Numbered from the stretch's first letter, positions 1 to 10,772 are shown. The stretch: 64,000 nt of DNA from Carpediemonas membranifera BICM (GCA_019828565.1 JAHDYR010000012.1:186001-250000), one strand, 5' to 3'. The notes: a model not told the origin generated them from the letters alone. Made by a program: numbers and translations.

Positions 1-235
1 ATCTGATGTCCGCGCGGCAGTATCACACCGCCCGCGCGCTCCTAGCTAGAAGCCGGGTTCCGCGCCATGCAAGGTGGCGCGGATCTCCCGGTGTGCTGCA
101 AGGGCCAGAGGCCAATGCAATACCACGGGTCCGAAGACGCCGTGGCGCACAGCTAGGATTTTGACATCATATGATGGTGGCGGACTTACCTAGTTGCCGC
201 TCCAGGGTCCCGTCGGCTCACCTGATTGATGTTGT
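1..235 (-). ncRNA. Candidate structured non-coding RNA of unknown class, probably running off the window edge
   Basis: Nested complementary stems: 4-10/163-169, 11-17/32-38, 40-47/151-158, 53-57/87-91 with 59-67/75-83, 93-96/147-150, 123-128/140-145. On the minus strand the last stem is capped by a cUUCGg tetraloop (132-135). No convincing ORF. Confidence 0.5.
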
Positions 236-563
236 TTAGTTCGGCACGAGAAGTGACCGAAACTGAGAGAAATCGGAGAGAGAAAGCGAAAAACGTGATC
301 TATACATGTCAAATGAGCATTGTACACAAAGTAAGTAACTGAGGTGCTTGGAAAGCCATTCTTCAAGGCTCGAAGCGTTGAATGAAAAAAAGACGAGTTC
401 ATGGTGATCGATTCAATATCTAATTTGGACGCCTTCTCATGTATTGCACAATCTCGTTGACTCAAGTATTGTAACTAGATTAAATACATAACATAGCCAG
501 TGTGGTTATGCCGGAAGTGGGAGCGGGCCGAGAGTTGAATGAGTCAAAGTGACAGTCGCAGCG

Positions 564-734
564 CAAAACACTCAAGGCTGCTTCTGGTCCCCGCCCGCCC
601 AAGAAGGCGTACAACCACACCGCCCAACAGGACATCTCGTTCTGCCTGAGGCAGGGCTACTCGGCCGTTGACTACTAAGCACCCCACGCAACCCCCTCCT
701 TACCCTTTGCGTGAGTTGGCTCATAAATGGAACA
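564..734. repeat. Dispersed 171-bp repeat, copy 1 (copy 2 at 44402-44572)
   Basis: Near-identical sequence CAAAACACTCAAGGCTG...TCATAAATGGAACA at both loci in the same orientation, with only a few differences. Confidence 0.95.
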
Positions 735-1365
735 GTCAAACTGAGTGGTCATTCGACGACTCCAGAAATTAAGGTTGGGTGTTTAAAAAATAAAGATGGG
801 TCAGCCATCCTGTATGAGCTTCTATTCTGATGCAATGGTGTGAGTTTCATCCCTCTCTGACCTCTACTCGTCATGTTCGATGTCGGTCGAAATCGAAGAT
901 CGGTCGACTCCAAACGCATACTTCCAGTGTGCGCCCGCTGGTAATGGCCCGGATCTAGATGTTAGAGGGCTATACAAGCTTTATGGCAGAGTGACAGCGA
1001 TTCGATGGTAGTAGTCGAGGTGACGGCATCGCTCAGCTTCAGACCGGGACGATTTTGAAAGTCAGGTGAACATGTCGCCAACCAAATTGATGGCCGATAC
1101 TGCTTCATAATGAGCTCTGAAGCACGCATGCATACTCTAGGGGGGGTGATGGCAGCCGCGGTGGGTTGGAACCAGGTCGACCCAGACCGGTTTGAGCTGC
1201 TTGTTGGTTGCTTGATACGAGCCACCGCAAACCACACCATCAAGCAAAATGAGCTGTACCGAGCTTATCCAACTGCACACCAAGAGTTTGTCAGTCGCGC
1301 TTTACCGTTCAGTGCGACATGACCAAGCACTTCAGTCGGTGATGTCATTTATGTCTATCGGGCAA

Positions 1366-2404
1366 TCAGGGGTCATCCACTCTCTTCACCCGACCCCTGC
1401 CACGGTGGCCATCCCCACGTCCTCTCCCACGTCCTCTCTCGAACCCCCCTCTACCTCTGCCCCTGTGCGACCCGCCTCGGCCGCGGCCTCTATACCCGCC
1501 GCGACCCCTGAATCCATGGGCCCCATTCGCCCCGCCAGACGGGGTGATGGAGACTGGACGCCATGAGGGGATCGCGGGGAAGGCGGAGCAGTCGGCGCTC
1601 AGCAGCATGGGTGGGTCCTGGCTCAGTGCGTTGGCCAGGCGGTGGATGTTGGTGGCGTTGTTCTTGGCTATGTTTGTGGCCTTGATCTGTGCCTCGTCGC
1701 CCGCCTCGACCTTCTCCTCATGAAGGAGCTCGAGTGAAGTCATCCGCGTGAAGCAGACGTCACAGAGCTTCTCATAGACCTTAATAAACTCAGTCTGCCG
1801 CTCTATCGCGCTGTAGTCCACCGGTTGGCCCGTGGAGGCGAGCAGAGGGCTGGGGAGATGGGCCAGCTCGTGGAATAGCTCGGGGCAGGCTGACCCGAGG
1901 ATGTGGAGGATGTAGAGGACCGGTTCAAGCTCGATGAAGGAATACTGCGTCTGTTCGACGACTACATACGTCTCTACGAAGGGATAGAAGAGACGGAGCA
2001 GCGTCTCGGCGGCCTTGGCACTGGCATTGCGGCCGGGAATGACTAGCGCGCGAAGTAGCGCGACTCGTGCTGCTGTGTAACGGCGCTTTGGTGTGTATGG
2101 ACGCACGGAGGGAGGTGTCGAGCGCCTCCTGGTTGATTGCGGCGAGGGCTCGGCGATAAAGCTCAATGATTGCGTCGTCGGTACAGAAATGCTCTGTATC
2201 GCCGACTTCTGTCCTGAACTCATTGATTGTCTCATGGATCGGAGCTGGTTCACTGTCCTCGTCAATCTTGTCGGCATCGAGGGTGGAAATCCAGTTGTCA
2301 ATGAGCGAAAAGAGCTGCCTCACGTTGGACATGGAATCCTCAAGCATCGCATCTGAATCGATAGTTGAAACATCGTTTTGCGTTGTTTTGTCTGTTTCGC
2401 TCAT
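1366..2404 (-). CDS. Hypothetical protein with a C-terminal RGG/GAR-rich tail; two exons (34-nt intron 2073-2106)
   Basis: ORFs 1925..2470 and 1366..2301 join in frame when GTGCGT...TTACACAG (2106-2073) is removed. C-terminus reads GFRGRGGYRGRGRGGSHRGRGRGGFERGRGRG. Confidence 0.65.
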
Positions 2405-2567
2405 TCTTCTCTCGCTGTGGGCTTGGGCAAAACTGCGTGCCAGCATTAGCACTCGTGAGACCCTCTCCACGCCTCCATCTGTCTGCTATGTTGTCATAAA
2501 GTCACTTGCCCGACGCGGAAATATCGCTATTGCCTTCCCGCCTCATCGCCTCGCATCCGAGTGAAAT

Positions 2568-3317
2568 TTATGAGCGAGCCAACTGTGCCGTCGACTCTGT
2601 GATCCCCATGCCGGGGTCCCTCTCACTATGTGCCACCCTGGGCGTGACCTCAGGCCCGTCTTCAGACTGTGTCTGCCCCGGCTCGTGCATGTTGAACTCG
2701 ACAAAGGCCCCCTGTCTCGGCGTCTCCCTCCGGCCCCCTTTCTTCTTCTGGGGCTTTGGCAGCTGCCGCACAGCAGTCGCTACCTCGAGCAGCAGGCCCT
2801 CGTGCTCGCCGTCGAGCTGCCCCCGCTTGGTCATCGCGGCCAGGAGGAGCGTGTTGTGTTGAATCATGTCCCAGAAGGAGTATGAGAGGACATGCGCCAG
2901 ATCCTCGTCGGTCATGTTCTTCAGGTGGGCCCGTGGCGCTTCTTGTGGGCCAACCTCGCCGTTTCTATACTGCTGGAGTACCATTCGGAACATGGTGTGA
3001 TTAAAAAGCTCGGTGAGAAGGCTGCTGACGTCCTCGACTTCGTCCTGCATCTCCATTGGCGGTGTCGCTGTCGCTTGGTACGAGACCACTGATACTGAGC
3101 GAGTGCGGACCCGTTTCTTCCGCCACAGCCGCTGGATCGTTTTTGCCGCCCTAATCTCCGCTACTGTGTATTGGCGTGTGCTATATCTATTCATGTATGT
3201 TATTTTGTGCCCTTTCCCGTTCATCTTTTCGTTCATATCGTCATGCAAGACAGCTCCGCAGGTTTCCCCACAAGCCACTGCCGGGACTACTGCGGGACAC
3301 ACACCCATGTCCCGCAT
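2568..3317 (-). CDS. Hypothetical protein with one IQ-like calmodulin-binding motif
   Basis: 249-aa ATG-initiated ORF; AAKTIQRLWRKKRVR fits the IQxxxR pattern. Confidence 0.55.
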   Translation of the reverse strand: MRDMGVCPAVVPAVACGETCGAVLHDDMNEKMNGKGHKITYMNRYSTRQYTVAEIRAAKTIQRLWRKKRVRTRSVSVVSYQATATPPMEMQDEVEDVSSLLTELFNHTMFRMVLQQYRNGEVGPQEAPRAHLKNMTDEDLAHVLSYSFWDMIQHNTLLLAAMTKRGQLDGEHEGLLLEVATAVRQLPKPQKKKGGRRETPRQGAFVEFNMHEPGQTQSEDGPEVTPRVAHSERDPGMGITESTAQLARS

Positions 3318-3537
3318 AGAACACGCTGCCCCCGTCTATCTGGAGCACGTGTCGCACGCCTCTACAGTCCCGGCACTGCTAACCTGGAACAGAGCGACGG
3401 CACCGCCACATGGGCCCAAGGGTGGGCAATGCACGAATGCACCGATCACACGGTAACCTATAAACGCCCTGCCATTGCCCTATGTGTTAGTTTACACTAC
3501 TGGGCGGCCACCCCCACGACAATGGGGCCCGCGCGGT

Positions 3538-3894
3538 TCACCATGGGAATAAGAGCTTCTTAAGGCCCCCTGCCCTGGAGTGATGGGCGGCCTGCTCAGC
3601 CTTCTCCTCGTCCGACAGGCTCAAGCAGATGGCGAGCTGCTCTTTCTCGAAGCCAAACAGTCTACAAAGCTCGCGGCGATTGTATCCAGCGCGAGAAAGG
3701 CGTCTGACGGTTCTCTTGACCTTTGGATCTGTTGGGAGTAGAAGTTTTGCACCTGGCTCTTCGATAACGCTCTGGCTTCGTCTTCGAAGCGACTGATTCT
3801 CCGAAGAACCAGCAGCTTTTTCTGGCGATGCAGCGATGTGTGTTTGTTGGTTCTGTTGTGCCTTGTTCTTTAAAATACCCTTTGAGTTTGCCAT
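3538..3894 (-). CDS. Small hypothetical protein
   Basis: ORF from ATG 3894 (MANSKGILK...); possible short HTH-like segment VRRLSRAGYNRRELCRLFG; no family recognised. Confidence 0.4.
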   Translation of the reverse strand: MANSKGILKNKAQQNQQTHIAASPEKAAGSSENQSLRRRSQSVIEEPGAKLLLPTDPKVKRTVRRLSRAGYNRRELCRLFGFEKEQLAICLSLSDEEKAEQAAHHSRAGGLKKLLFPW

Positions 3895-4501
3895 CTTCGT
3901 TCGTTGATTATCTGGAAGGGATACGATCCTCTCCTGAATCTGCGGGCTCCACGAGATCCACTGGGATCGTCCATGTCGGCTACAGGGCACTGATACAGCC
4001 AAGCAGGGTACCTCAATACCCAACCGAGCAGTCTTCAAGTTTCTCGTTGGTTTTGAAATATTTTGGGTTTAAGGAAATCTACCGTGCCCAGGCCGACGTC
4101 GTCCATGGCCAGGCTAGCCAATGTCCACGATCCAGTTCTCTCGATCGGCATGGCGCAGACCGTGTGCGCTCGGGCGGTGCTGAGAGAAAACAAGAATGTG
4201 GCTATCAACGGACACATCGCAGCGTCCACATTATTGCTGCAAAGCTACATCAGCCGGCCATTCTACTGATATGATTTTGCGCGCAATAGATTAAATTCGT
4301 CCATTTATGAACATGACGCCTAGTCCCGCTTTGTCTTCGCGACAGTCCAGAGGGGTTCCCACTGGCAGCAGAGATGTCCGAGGCGACCATGACGTTGGCC
4401 CTCGCCATGCAGGCTCATCCAGGCGTGTGACACATGGACCCTGACGGCGGGGTCGAGCTGGGCCGTGGCGAAGCAGAGGCCGTTGAGGACGAGATAGGGC
4501 T

Positions 4502-4975
4502 CTATTGTCTGTCGCGCTCCGACAGCATGCGCCCGAAGATCTCAATATCGTCGGAAATTGCGGTCTTGAGCTCGTCAAAACTTGCGAACCGTCTGTCCAC
4601 CCTGACGAGCCAACGCAGGGCTACTCGCAGCTCAGCACCGTAGAAGTCCTTGGTGAAGTGGTGCATGAGGTGCGCCTCGATCGAGGGGCGGTCGTTCGCA
4701 AACGTCGGGTTAGTTCCTATCGACAGGACAGCCGGATGCGTCTCCCCCTTGTGGACGCCAGACAGGAACGTTGCAAAGCCTGCATATACACCCATTCGAG
4801 TGCCAATCGTTGCTTTCAGCGCCTCGTCGATGTGCTCCAGGTCCAAGTTTGCCGTGGGACAGCCAAGCTGCCTCTTTCCACGCCCAAAGCCGTGGATCAC
4901 ATGTCCAGATACTACTAAGTCAATTGGTTCCCAGACGCGAACAGCTTCTGAAGCAAGAATGCCTCCATCAGTCAT
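4502..4975 (-). CDS. RFK: Riboflavin kinase
   Basis: Motifs GFGRG..LGCPTAN, GVYAG, SIGTNPTF, EAHLMH and DFYG; likely ATG at 4975. Confidence 0.93.
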   Translation of the reverse strand: MTDGGILASEAVRVWEPIDLVVSGHVIHGFGRGKRQLGCPTANLDLEHIDEALKATIGTRMGVYAGFATFLSGVHKGETHPAVLSIGTNPTFANDRPSIEAHLMHHFTKDFYGAELRVALRWLVRVDRRFASFDELKTAISDDIEIFGRMLSERDRQ

Positions 4976-5352
4976 TTGGTTCGTATCAGGCAAAGTCACA
5001 AACTGACTGTAAGTCGAGTCGCGATTCCGCGTTGACCAGCTTGCGGAGTCGTGTATAGTCGCCCGCACAAGCAGGACACCGGGATAGGCTGGCCGTACCT
5101 GAGGCGCTCGTCGAATGCCGGCAACTCGATTGGATGACTGGTTGTGGCCACCAGTGGAGCGAGTGCCACTACCTTCTTATAGTATCAGCAGGATCGAGGA
5201 GCATATGGGACTTTGGTTCATCGGCCCGCCCGTAAGTGTTGATCTATAATGCCTTCGGACAGTGAGACACGGCCCGACGGGCCAGGCCGTGTTTCAAGCA
5301 TCGCCCAAGTCATAACTCGTTTACATATCAGTGATAAATGCCTAAGTCGACC

Positions 5353-8300
5353 CTACTTCGGGTCGTAGAAGCTGACACACCGCCCCCTGGTCTCGAAGCA
5401 AAGACCTGCGTTGATGGGGTGCCACTTCATTCGGCCAACCGGACTCGCCACGTTCTCCTCGATGAATGTAGTCACCGCCAGCGGCTTGATGGTGTCCAGA
5501 TGGTTGCCGGAGAAGTCATAAATCTTCACCAGCTGGTTCTTGTTGCCCGTGGCAATCAGACCCAAGCCCCGATGGACCGCCAGGGCCGTCATGCCGGGGC
5601 TGTCCTTGATAGTGACAGGGCACACGGTCGACGGTCGTGTCCCGCGTGTGTAGTCAGGGCTGGGGCCGGAGCCGAGCTTGCGGATGTCGGTGAACTCGAT
5701 CGTGCCGTCGCTGATGCCGTTGATGAGGGTATAATCATCCTGCCCACTCAGCTGCGTAACCACGGGAGTGATCGGGTTGTTAGTCATCAAATGATTATGG
5801 ATCGAGAAGACGGCCGACGCCTTAGGGTCCGAGTACGGCACCGGGGCGGCCCTCTCGTCGAAGAAGAGCGTCTGCCCGCCGGCGTCCGTCACGCCGACCA
5901 TATGATTGAAGACGGTGATGTTCGTGATGATGCGGACAGTGACATCCTGCCACAGAGTCGCCCGCTCGGCCGAAAGGTCGTAAATGGTGACGTCGCGGCC
6001 CCTCGAGACGTACAGCTTGCCCCCGTGGTAGCAGGAGCAGAGGTTGTAGGGGGAGATCGCCGGCCGGGCCGAGGGCGAGCGGGGCATCACGGTGTCCTCG
6101 AACGAGCTCACCTCGTCCAGATCGACTAGGTCAGACGCCGTCGACCCGAACATGGTGCTCTGCATGCGAGGCGGGGGCGAGGCGTTCGGGCCGGCGTTCC
6201 TAGCGCGAGTGAGTGCCCCGACGCCGAGGAAGGACTTGAACCGGGTCGCGACGCCCTGGATGGTGTGGAATGACGGGCGGTTGGCCAATGTCGCGTGTTC
6301 AGAGGCCTGGAGAGTCGACGTGACGCTCTTGAGCCAGCCCGATTGGGGGAACGGCTGCTCGCGCTCTTTGGGGGCGACCCTGAACGATGTGACGACTGCC
6401 TGGGCCCCTTTCCTGTCGTACTCGGAGAAGACGCGGATGTTATCGTCCGTGGAGAGGGTCAGTAGCATTGAGTGGGTGCAGTTTGTGTTAAGGATGTGGG
6501 TGCCGACGATCGAGTGTCGCTTCGATCGGCAGACCGTGAACGAGTTGAGCATCGTGTTACTGACGGAGTCCCACGCGTAGACGGTGCCGCGGGTCGCAAC
6601 GACGGCCTCGGGCAGCATGCTGTGAAGGTCGATTGCCTTGGCCGGACACTGGGCGAGCTCGGGGATGCCCAGACTCACGCTGGCCTCCGTGGGCCATGTG
6701 ATCTTGGGGGCGGGCGGCATGGGTCGACCTGGACCAAGCCGGGTCACCGAGCTGGCGAGGGAGGGGCCCTGCGAGGGTCTCAAGGCGGTGGGGCTCGGCG
6801 CCCGGCTCTGAACAACGCTGGGGGCGAGGCTGCGGGCGGCGTTGTGCGCGTGCATCGCCCTGACGTAGGCCCGGGTGAACTCGCTTTGCTCGGGCAGATT
6901 GGCCATCACGTCCGCGTCAGGGCCCGAACAGAGCTGCACGCCGGTGTCGATGTCGCCGGGTCTGCTGGTCCCATCGAGATACGCGTTCTCCCGGTCGATC
7001 TCGTCGTGGTAGATCGCCCAGTTCTCATCCCCAGGCAGGGAATACGGCATCGAGCTCGAGTCGTTCAGCTGGTAGCAGAAGTGATACAGCGCTCGGGCCT
7101 GCACCTCCTCGCTGAACGGCCGCATCGTCTTCACGGGCCGGGACAGGCTCTCCTTGTCGCGCGTCCAGTACTCCGTCGCCCGCAGGTCCCTGGTCAGGGG
7201 CTTGGGGCCCGCGGTAACGGGGTCCGTGCCCCTGGGCGCCATGGCGGCCATGTGGGGCATCATCGCCGGGAACTGGCTCTTGGCGCTGGTGTGGATCTGC
7301 TGGTCCTTGAGGGTGTTCGACATCACCCAGTTCCTCTCCAGCGTTCGCGAGAAGTGGTGCGTGCGTGCCTTGAGCTGCTTCTCAATGCGCCGGGCATCCT
7401 TGGGCCGGTCCTCGTCGTGGGCGTCGTGCAGCTGCTTGCTGAGGGACACCACAGTGTCCTCGGTCCGAGACTGCGGCTGGTCCGGGTCGTCCAGGACGTA
7501 CGGCTTCGTAGAGGACGTGCCAAAGGCAAAGCCTGAGGCGCAGTTCGCCGACCGGGACAGCAGCGTGGCAGAAGCCCCGCCGAACCGACACGCGGGACAC
7601 TGCTCGGCGTGGACGGACTTGAACAGTCTCAGGGTGGAGGGGGTCGCCCCAGACCCGTGGACGGGGCACTCCCGGACCTCGCTGTGGGCGTTGAACGCTG
7701 CGATCGAGGCCGCGTGCAGGTTAGTCGTGAGGAGCAGGGGCGTGCTGATGGGGGAGGAGACCAGCTCGACGATCACGGACGGGGCGTCGTCCACGGCCTT
7801 CTTGAGGGCAGCGAGGTGTGCAGCCCGGCCCTCCTTGAGGAAACCCTCCAGCTCTTTCTCCGACAGCTCCCCCAGTAGTCTGTGCCGCCGTCGGCCGGCC
7901 TCGTGGTCGGGCACGTGCGTGCGTTGGAACTGGGCGGGGGAGGCGGCGATGATGTCCGTCAGTGCCACAGCCTCGAGGGGCTGGGTGATGGCACGGCCGA
8001 CGGTGGCGATGGCGTCGACCCCGTCGTGCGCGAGGTGGTACAAGGCCGAGTGGACTTGGGCGAAGGCCGCGTCGACGTCGCCCTCGGTGGTGAGGTCCTC
8101 GCTCACGCAGCTGGGGGTGGCTGGTACGTCGATCCAGGAGCGCCCGTCGACGCTGGGGGTTGCGGTCCCGGGGCTGGCCATGCCCGAGAGATGGGTGAGT
8201 CCTGAGTGGGTTACGGAGAGATGCAGCGTGCTGGCCAGGTCAACCTCGGCCCCATTGACCGCGTTCTCCGTCTTCTTGCTGATGAGTACGGCGAGCGCCC

Positions 8301-10566
8301 TCATCGCCTCTGTCCGCACGATGGGGGCCGGGTCGTTCGTCGCCCCCTGCACAACGGTGACGTATTCAAACAGACTGACGTGGGCCCGGGCAGTGTTCAC
8401 AGGCTCGGGCGTCCAGACACGTCGGCCGGCCAGCGGGATGGTGTTCGCCTCCTCCTGCACGGGCTTGGCATCGCCAAGGGCCACGGTGGGGGCCAGGACG
8501 GCGAGCATGTACATGGCGGCAGCACGGACCTCGGGCGTCTTGTCTGTTGCCAGCACTGCGGTCGTCTCGAATATGTTGTGACGTGCGGTCTCGGTAAGCC
8601 CGCTGTTGCTGTTGCAGAGTGTGGCGGCGCAGATGACGGCCATCGTTCGGACGGCGGGATACCCGCTCCGGAACAGCGGTACGAGGGTGCCTAGTAAATT
8701 CTGGTGGAGGAGGGTGTCCTGCGTCGCCGAGGATCGCCGCATTATCGTCGTGAATATGAATAGGATCAGATAGCGGCGGTCTGCTGGGATACGGGGCTGT
8801 CTGAGCGTGTCGATGAAGAACTGGTACTTCCTGTCGGCCACGAGGCGGTGGTGGGCCGTCGAGTCGCCCTGGAGCAACTTGGCCCATATGAACGAGAGCA
8901 GGTGTCTGTTCTCGACCTCAGCGTCGACGAACAGCAGGGCGAGCATGAAGGACACAGTGTCGGCGTTCACTGCGACCTGGATGGCCCAGGGGCCCAGGTC
9001 GAGGAAGCGGCAGAAGAGCTCGAGCGTCTTGATTCTGTGCACCTGGGAGAGGATCGACTGCAGCAGCACCGGCAGCTGGATCGGGGGCGTCCGGCCACTG
9101 TGGGCATGGTCGAGGTAGACCTCGAAGGCCGTCAGCTGGTCCGTGAAGAAGGAGAAGAACAGCTTGGGCTTGGCCTGGACGAGCTGGCCGACCGCCCGTG
9201 TCACGCCGCTGTCCAGGGTCACCGCGGAGAGCACGCCGGGGGGTCTGAGGGCCCGTCCGGGGTGGTTCCCGGGGATGCAGGAGGGCAGGAGTGAGACGGC
9301 CGCGTTGGGGTCTCGGCCGGCCTTCTGGAGGCGTCTCGTCTCGGCCTGAAGCGCGGGGATCATGGAGAGGGCATGGTCGAGAGTATCTAGCCAGGTGCCC
9401 CACAGGGGGTGGGCGAAGGAATCGGGCAGGACGGGCAAGGAGATGGGGTTGGCCCTGAAGCGGCGCATGATGAAGCGAGCGAGCTGGAAATTCCTGGTGA
9501 GCGTGGCGATCATCGTATCCGTGCGACAGAGCAGTCTGAACAGCGGGGCGCCGAACGTGTCGGAGCAGATGGCGTCCAGGATGGCGATGAGGATCCAGTG
9601 GAGCTCCCCCAGCGGCGTCTTGCGGTCCCTTGTGTTCCCAGGGAAGGCGTCGATGTCCGCGTTGGTCACTACATCCCTGGTGTCACCTGTGAGTGGGTTC
9701 GTACGATTCTCCAGGTGTCGCATCCGCATCGCAGTCCTGATCGGAGCCGTGAGGCACGACGTAAAGAGGTCGGCCGGCACCCCGCTGGTGACGGGCAGCC
9801 GCTCGTCAGGGCCGCATGCGAAGTATGCGATGGGGTAAAGCACGGGAGACTTGTCGCCAGGAGACCGGTCCTGGGAGACCGTGAGCCTGGTGACGATAGA
9901 GTCGAGCGCGGGTTTGAGTCGACCCGCGTTGTTGCAGTCGAACAGGAACGCTGTGGGGCCACCCTCCATGCATGTGTAGATGTCGCTGACGTGGCAGGGG
10001 AGGTACCGCTTTCCGCTGCCGTCGAGGAGCCACAGTTCGCCGTTGACGTTCGGGGAGGGCATACCGTGGCCGATGTAGTGGAAGAGGATGCGGCTCTGCT
10101 CTGACCTCGACGACTTCTGCTTGGGCAGGGCCTGGATGAACGTTTTGGATCTGTGTGTTGCAGCCTTGAGCCTGGTCGACGTGCTCGTGCGACATGAGGA
10201 AAGGACGCTCTTCAGCTTGTCGGGGCTGGTGTCGGTGAGGATCTGCGGCTTCGTGACCGTGTTGGACTGCGCCGTGGCGACTGCGGCGTACTGCCTCTGC
10301 AGCGTCTTGCTGATCAGGTCCACCGTCTCCTTTCGCCCAGCCTCTGCGCCGATCGTTTCCTGGAAGCACTCTTCGTGCGCATGGTTGCTATCACGGCATA
10401 TTCCTGGCGGGTCTGTACCGAGGTTGATGTTCATGGCAACAATCGTGCTTTTGGTTCGAACAGAGTACTTCTCATGCTTTTCTACTTCTTGTTGCTTTTG
10501 AGGCGCTGTGAAGCCGAAGTTTTCGTGCCTATGGCAGCTAAAGAACAATCGACTATCGTCTAGCAT
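5353..10566 (-). CDS. RPTOR: Raptor/KOG1, TORC1 regulatory subunit
   Basis: RNC domain (RILFHYIGHGMP, FDCNNAG, PADLFTSCLTAP, PLGELHWIL), FFTDQLTAFEVYL, RFLDLGPWA, HEAT repeats and C-terminal WD40 repeats. Confidence 0.95.
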   Translation of the reverse strand: MLDDSRLFFSCHRHENFGFTAPQKQQEVEKHEKYSVRTKSTIVAMNINLGTDPPGICRDSNHAHEECFQETIGAEAGRKETVDLISKTLQRQYAAVATAQSNTVTKPQILTDTSPDKLKSVLSSCRTSTSTRLKAATHRSKTFIQALPKQKSSRSEQSRILFHYIGHGMPSPNVNGELWLLDGSGKRYLPCHVSDIYTCMEGGPTAFLFDCNNAGRLKPALDSIVTRLTVSQDRSPGDKSPVLYPIAYFACGPDERLPVTSGVPADLFTSCLTAPIRTAMRMRHLENRTNPLTGDTRDVVTNADIDAFPGNTRDRKTPLGELHWILIAILDAICSDTFGAPLFRLLCRTDTMIATLTRNFQLARFIMRRFRANPISLPVLPDSFAHPLWGTWLDTLDHALSMIPALQAETRRLQKAGRDPNAAVSLLPSCIPGNHPGRALRPPGVLSAVTLDSGVTRAVGQLVQAKPKLFFSFFTDQLTAFEVYLDHAHSGRTPPIQLPVLLQSILSQVHRIKTLELFCRFLDLGPWAIQVAVNADTVSFMLALLFVDAEVENRHLLSFIWAKLLQGDSTAHHRLVADRKYQFFIDTLRQPRIPADRRYLILFIFTTIMRRSSATQDTLLHQNLLGTLVPLFRSGYPAVRTMAVICAATLCNSNSGLTETARHNIFETTAVLATDKTPEVRAAAMYMLAVLAPTVALGDAKPVQEEANTIPLAGRRVWTPEPVNTARAHVSLFEYVTVVQGATNDPAPIVRTEAMRALAVLISKKTENAVNGAEVDLASTLHLSVTHSGLTHLSGMASPGTATPSVDGRSWIDVPATPSCVSEDLTTEGDVDAAFAQVHSALYHLAHDGVDAIATVGRAITQPLEAVALTDIIAASPAQFQRTHVPDHEAGRRRHRLLGELSEKELEGFLKEGRAAHLAALKKAVDDAPSVIVELVSSPISTPLLLTTNLHAASIAAFNAHSEVRECPVHGSGATPSTLRLFKSVHAEQCPACRFGGASATLLSRSANCASGFAFGTSSTKPYVLDDPDQPQSRTEDTVVSLSKQLHDAHDEDRPKDARRIEKQLKARTHHFSRTLERNWVMSNTLKDQQIHTSAKSQFPAMMPHMAAMAPRGTDPVTAGPKPLTRDLRATEYWTRDKESLSRPVKTMRPFSEEVQARALYHFCYQLNDSSSMPYSLPGDENWAIYHDEIDRENAYLDGTSRPGDIDTGVQLCSGPDADVMANLPEQSEFTRAYVRAMHAHNAARSLAPSVVQSRAPSPTALRPSQGPSLASSVTRLGPGRPMPPAPKITWPTEASVSLGIPELAQCPAKAIDLHSMLPEAVVATRGTVYAWDSVSNTMLNSFTVCRSKRHSIVGTHILNTNCTHSMLLTLSTDDNIRVFSEYDRKGAQAVVTSFRVAPKEREQPFPQSGWLKSVTSTLQASEHATLANRPSFHTIQGVATRFKSFLGVGALTRARNAGPNASPPPRMQSTMFGSTASDLVDLDEVSSFEDTVMPRSPSARPAISPYNLCSCYHGGKLYVSRGRDVTIYDLSAERATLWQDVTVRIITNITVFNHMVGVTDAGGQTLFFDERAAPVPYSDPKASAVFSIHNHLMTNNPITPVVTQLSGQDDYTLINGISDGTIEFTDIRKLGSGPSPDYTRGTRPSTVCPVTIKDSPGMTALAVHRGLGLIATGNKNQLVKIYDFSGNHLDTIKPLAVTTFIEENVASPVGRMKWHPINAGLCFETRGRCVSFYDPK

Positions 10567-10772
10567 TCCTCGTGGTGGTGAGACGGAAGGTAATTATGGT
10601 TTACGATCGTCTATGTAACACTCTTTACGCCCTAACAAGTCACGCCTAGCAACAATCATGTCCTGGTGCCGCCCAACATCACCCAATACACCAGCCTGGC
10701 GCCCGATTGGCCAACGTCACAATGACCTCTCCGGAGTTACATAACCTGGGATTTACATCACTAAACCGCGCG

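Noticed and set aside
1-200. SSU rRNA gene fragment
   Set aside because: Similarity is limited to about 25 nt; the conserved AAGTCGTAACAAGG and helix 45 do not follow.
183-300. U1 snRNA on the plus strand (ACTTACCT at 184-191)
   Set aside because: No recognisable U1-70K loop, Sm site or four-way junction downstream.
740-1340. Fragmented protein-like frames, possibly a pseudogene
   Set aside because: Multiple stops and no identifiable family.
4063-4269. AASTLLLQSY resembling a YqgF/RuvX C-terminus
   Set aside because: Too short, and no upstream catalytic motifs were found.
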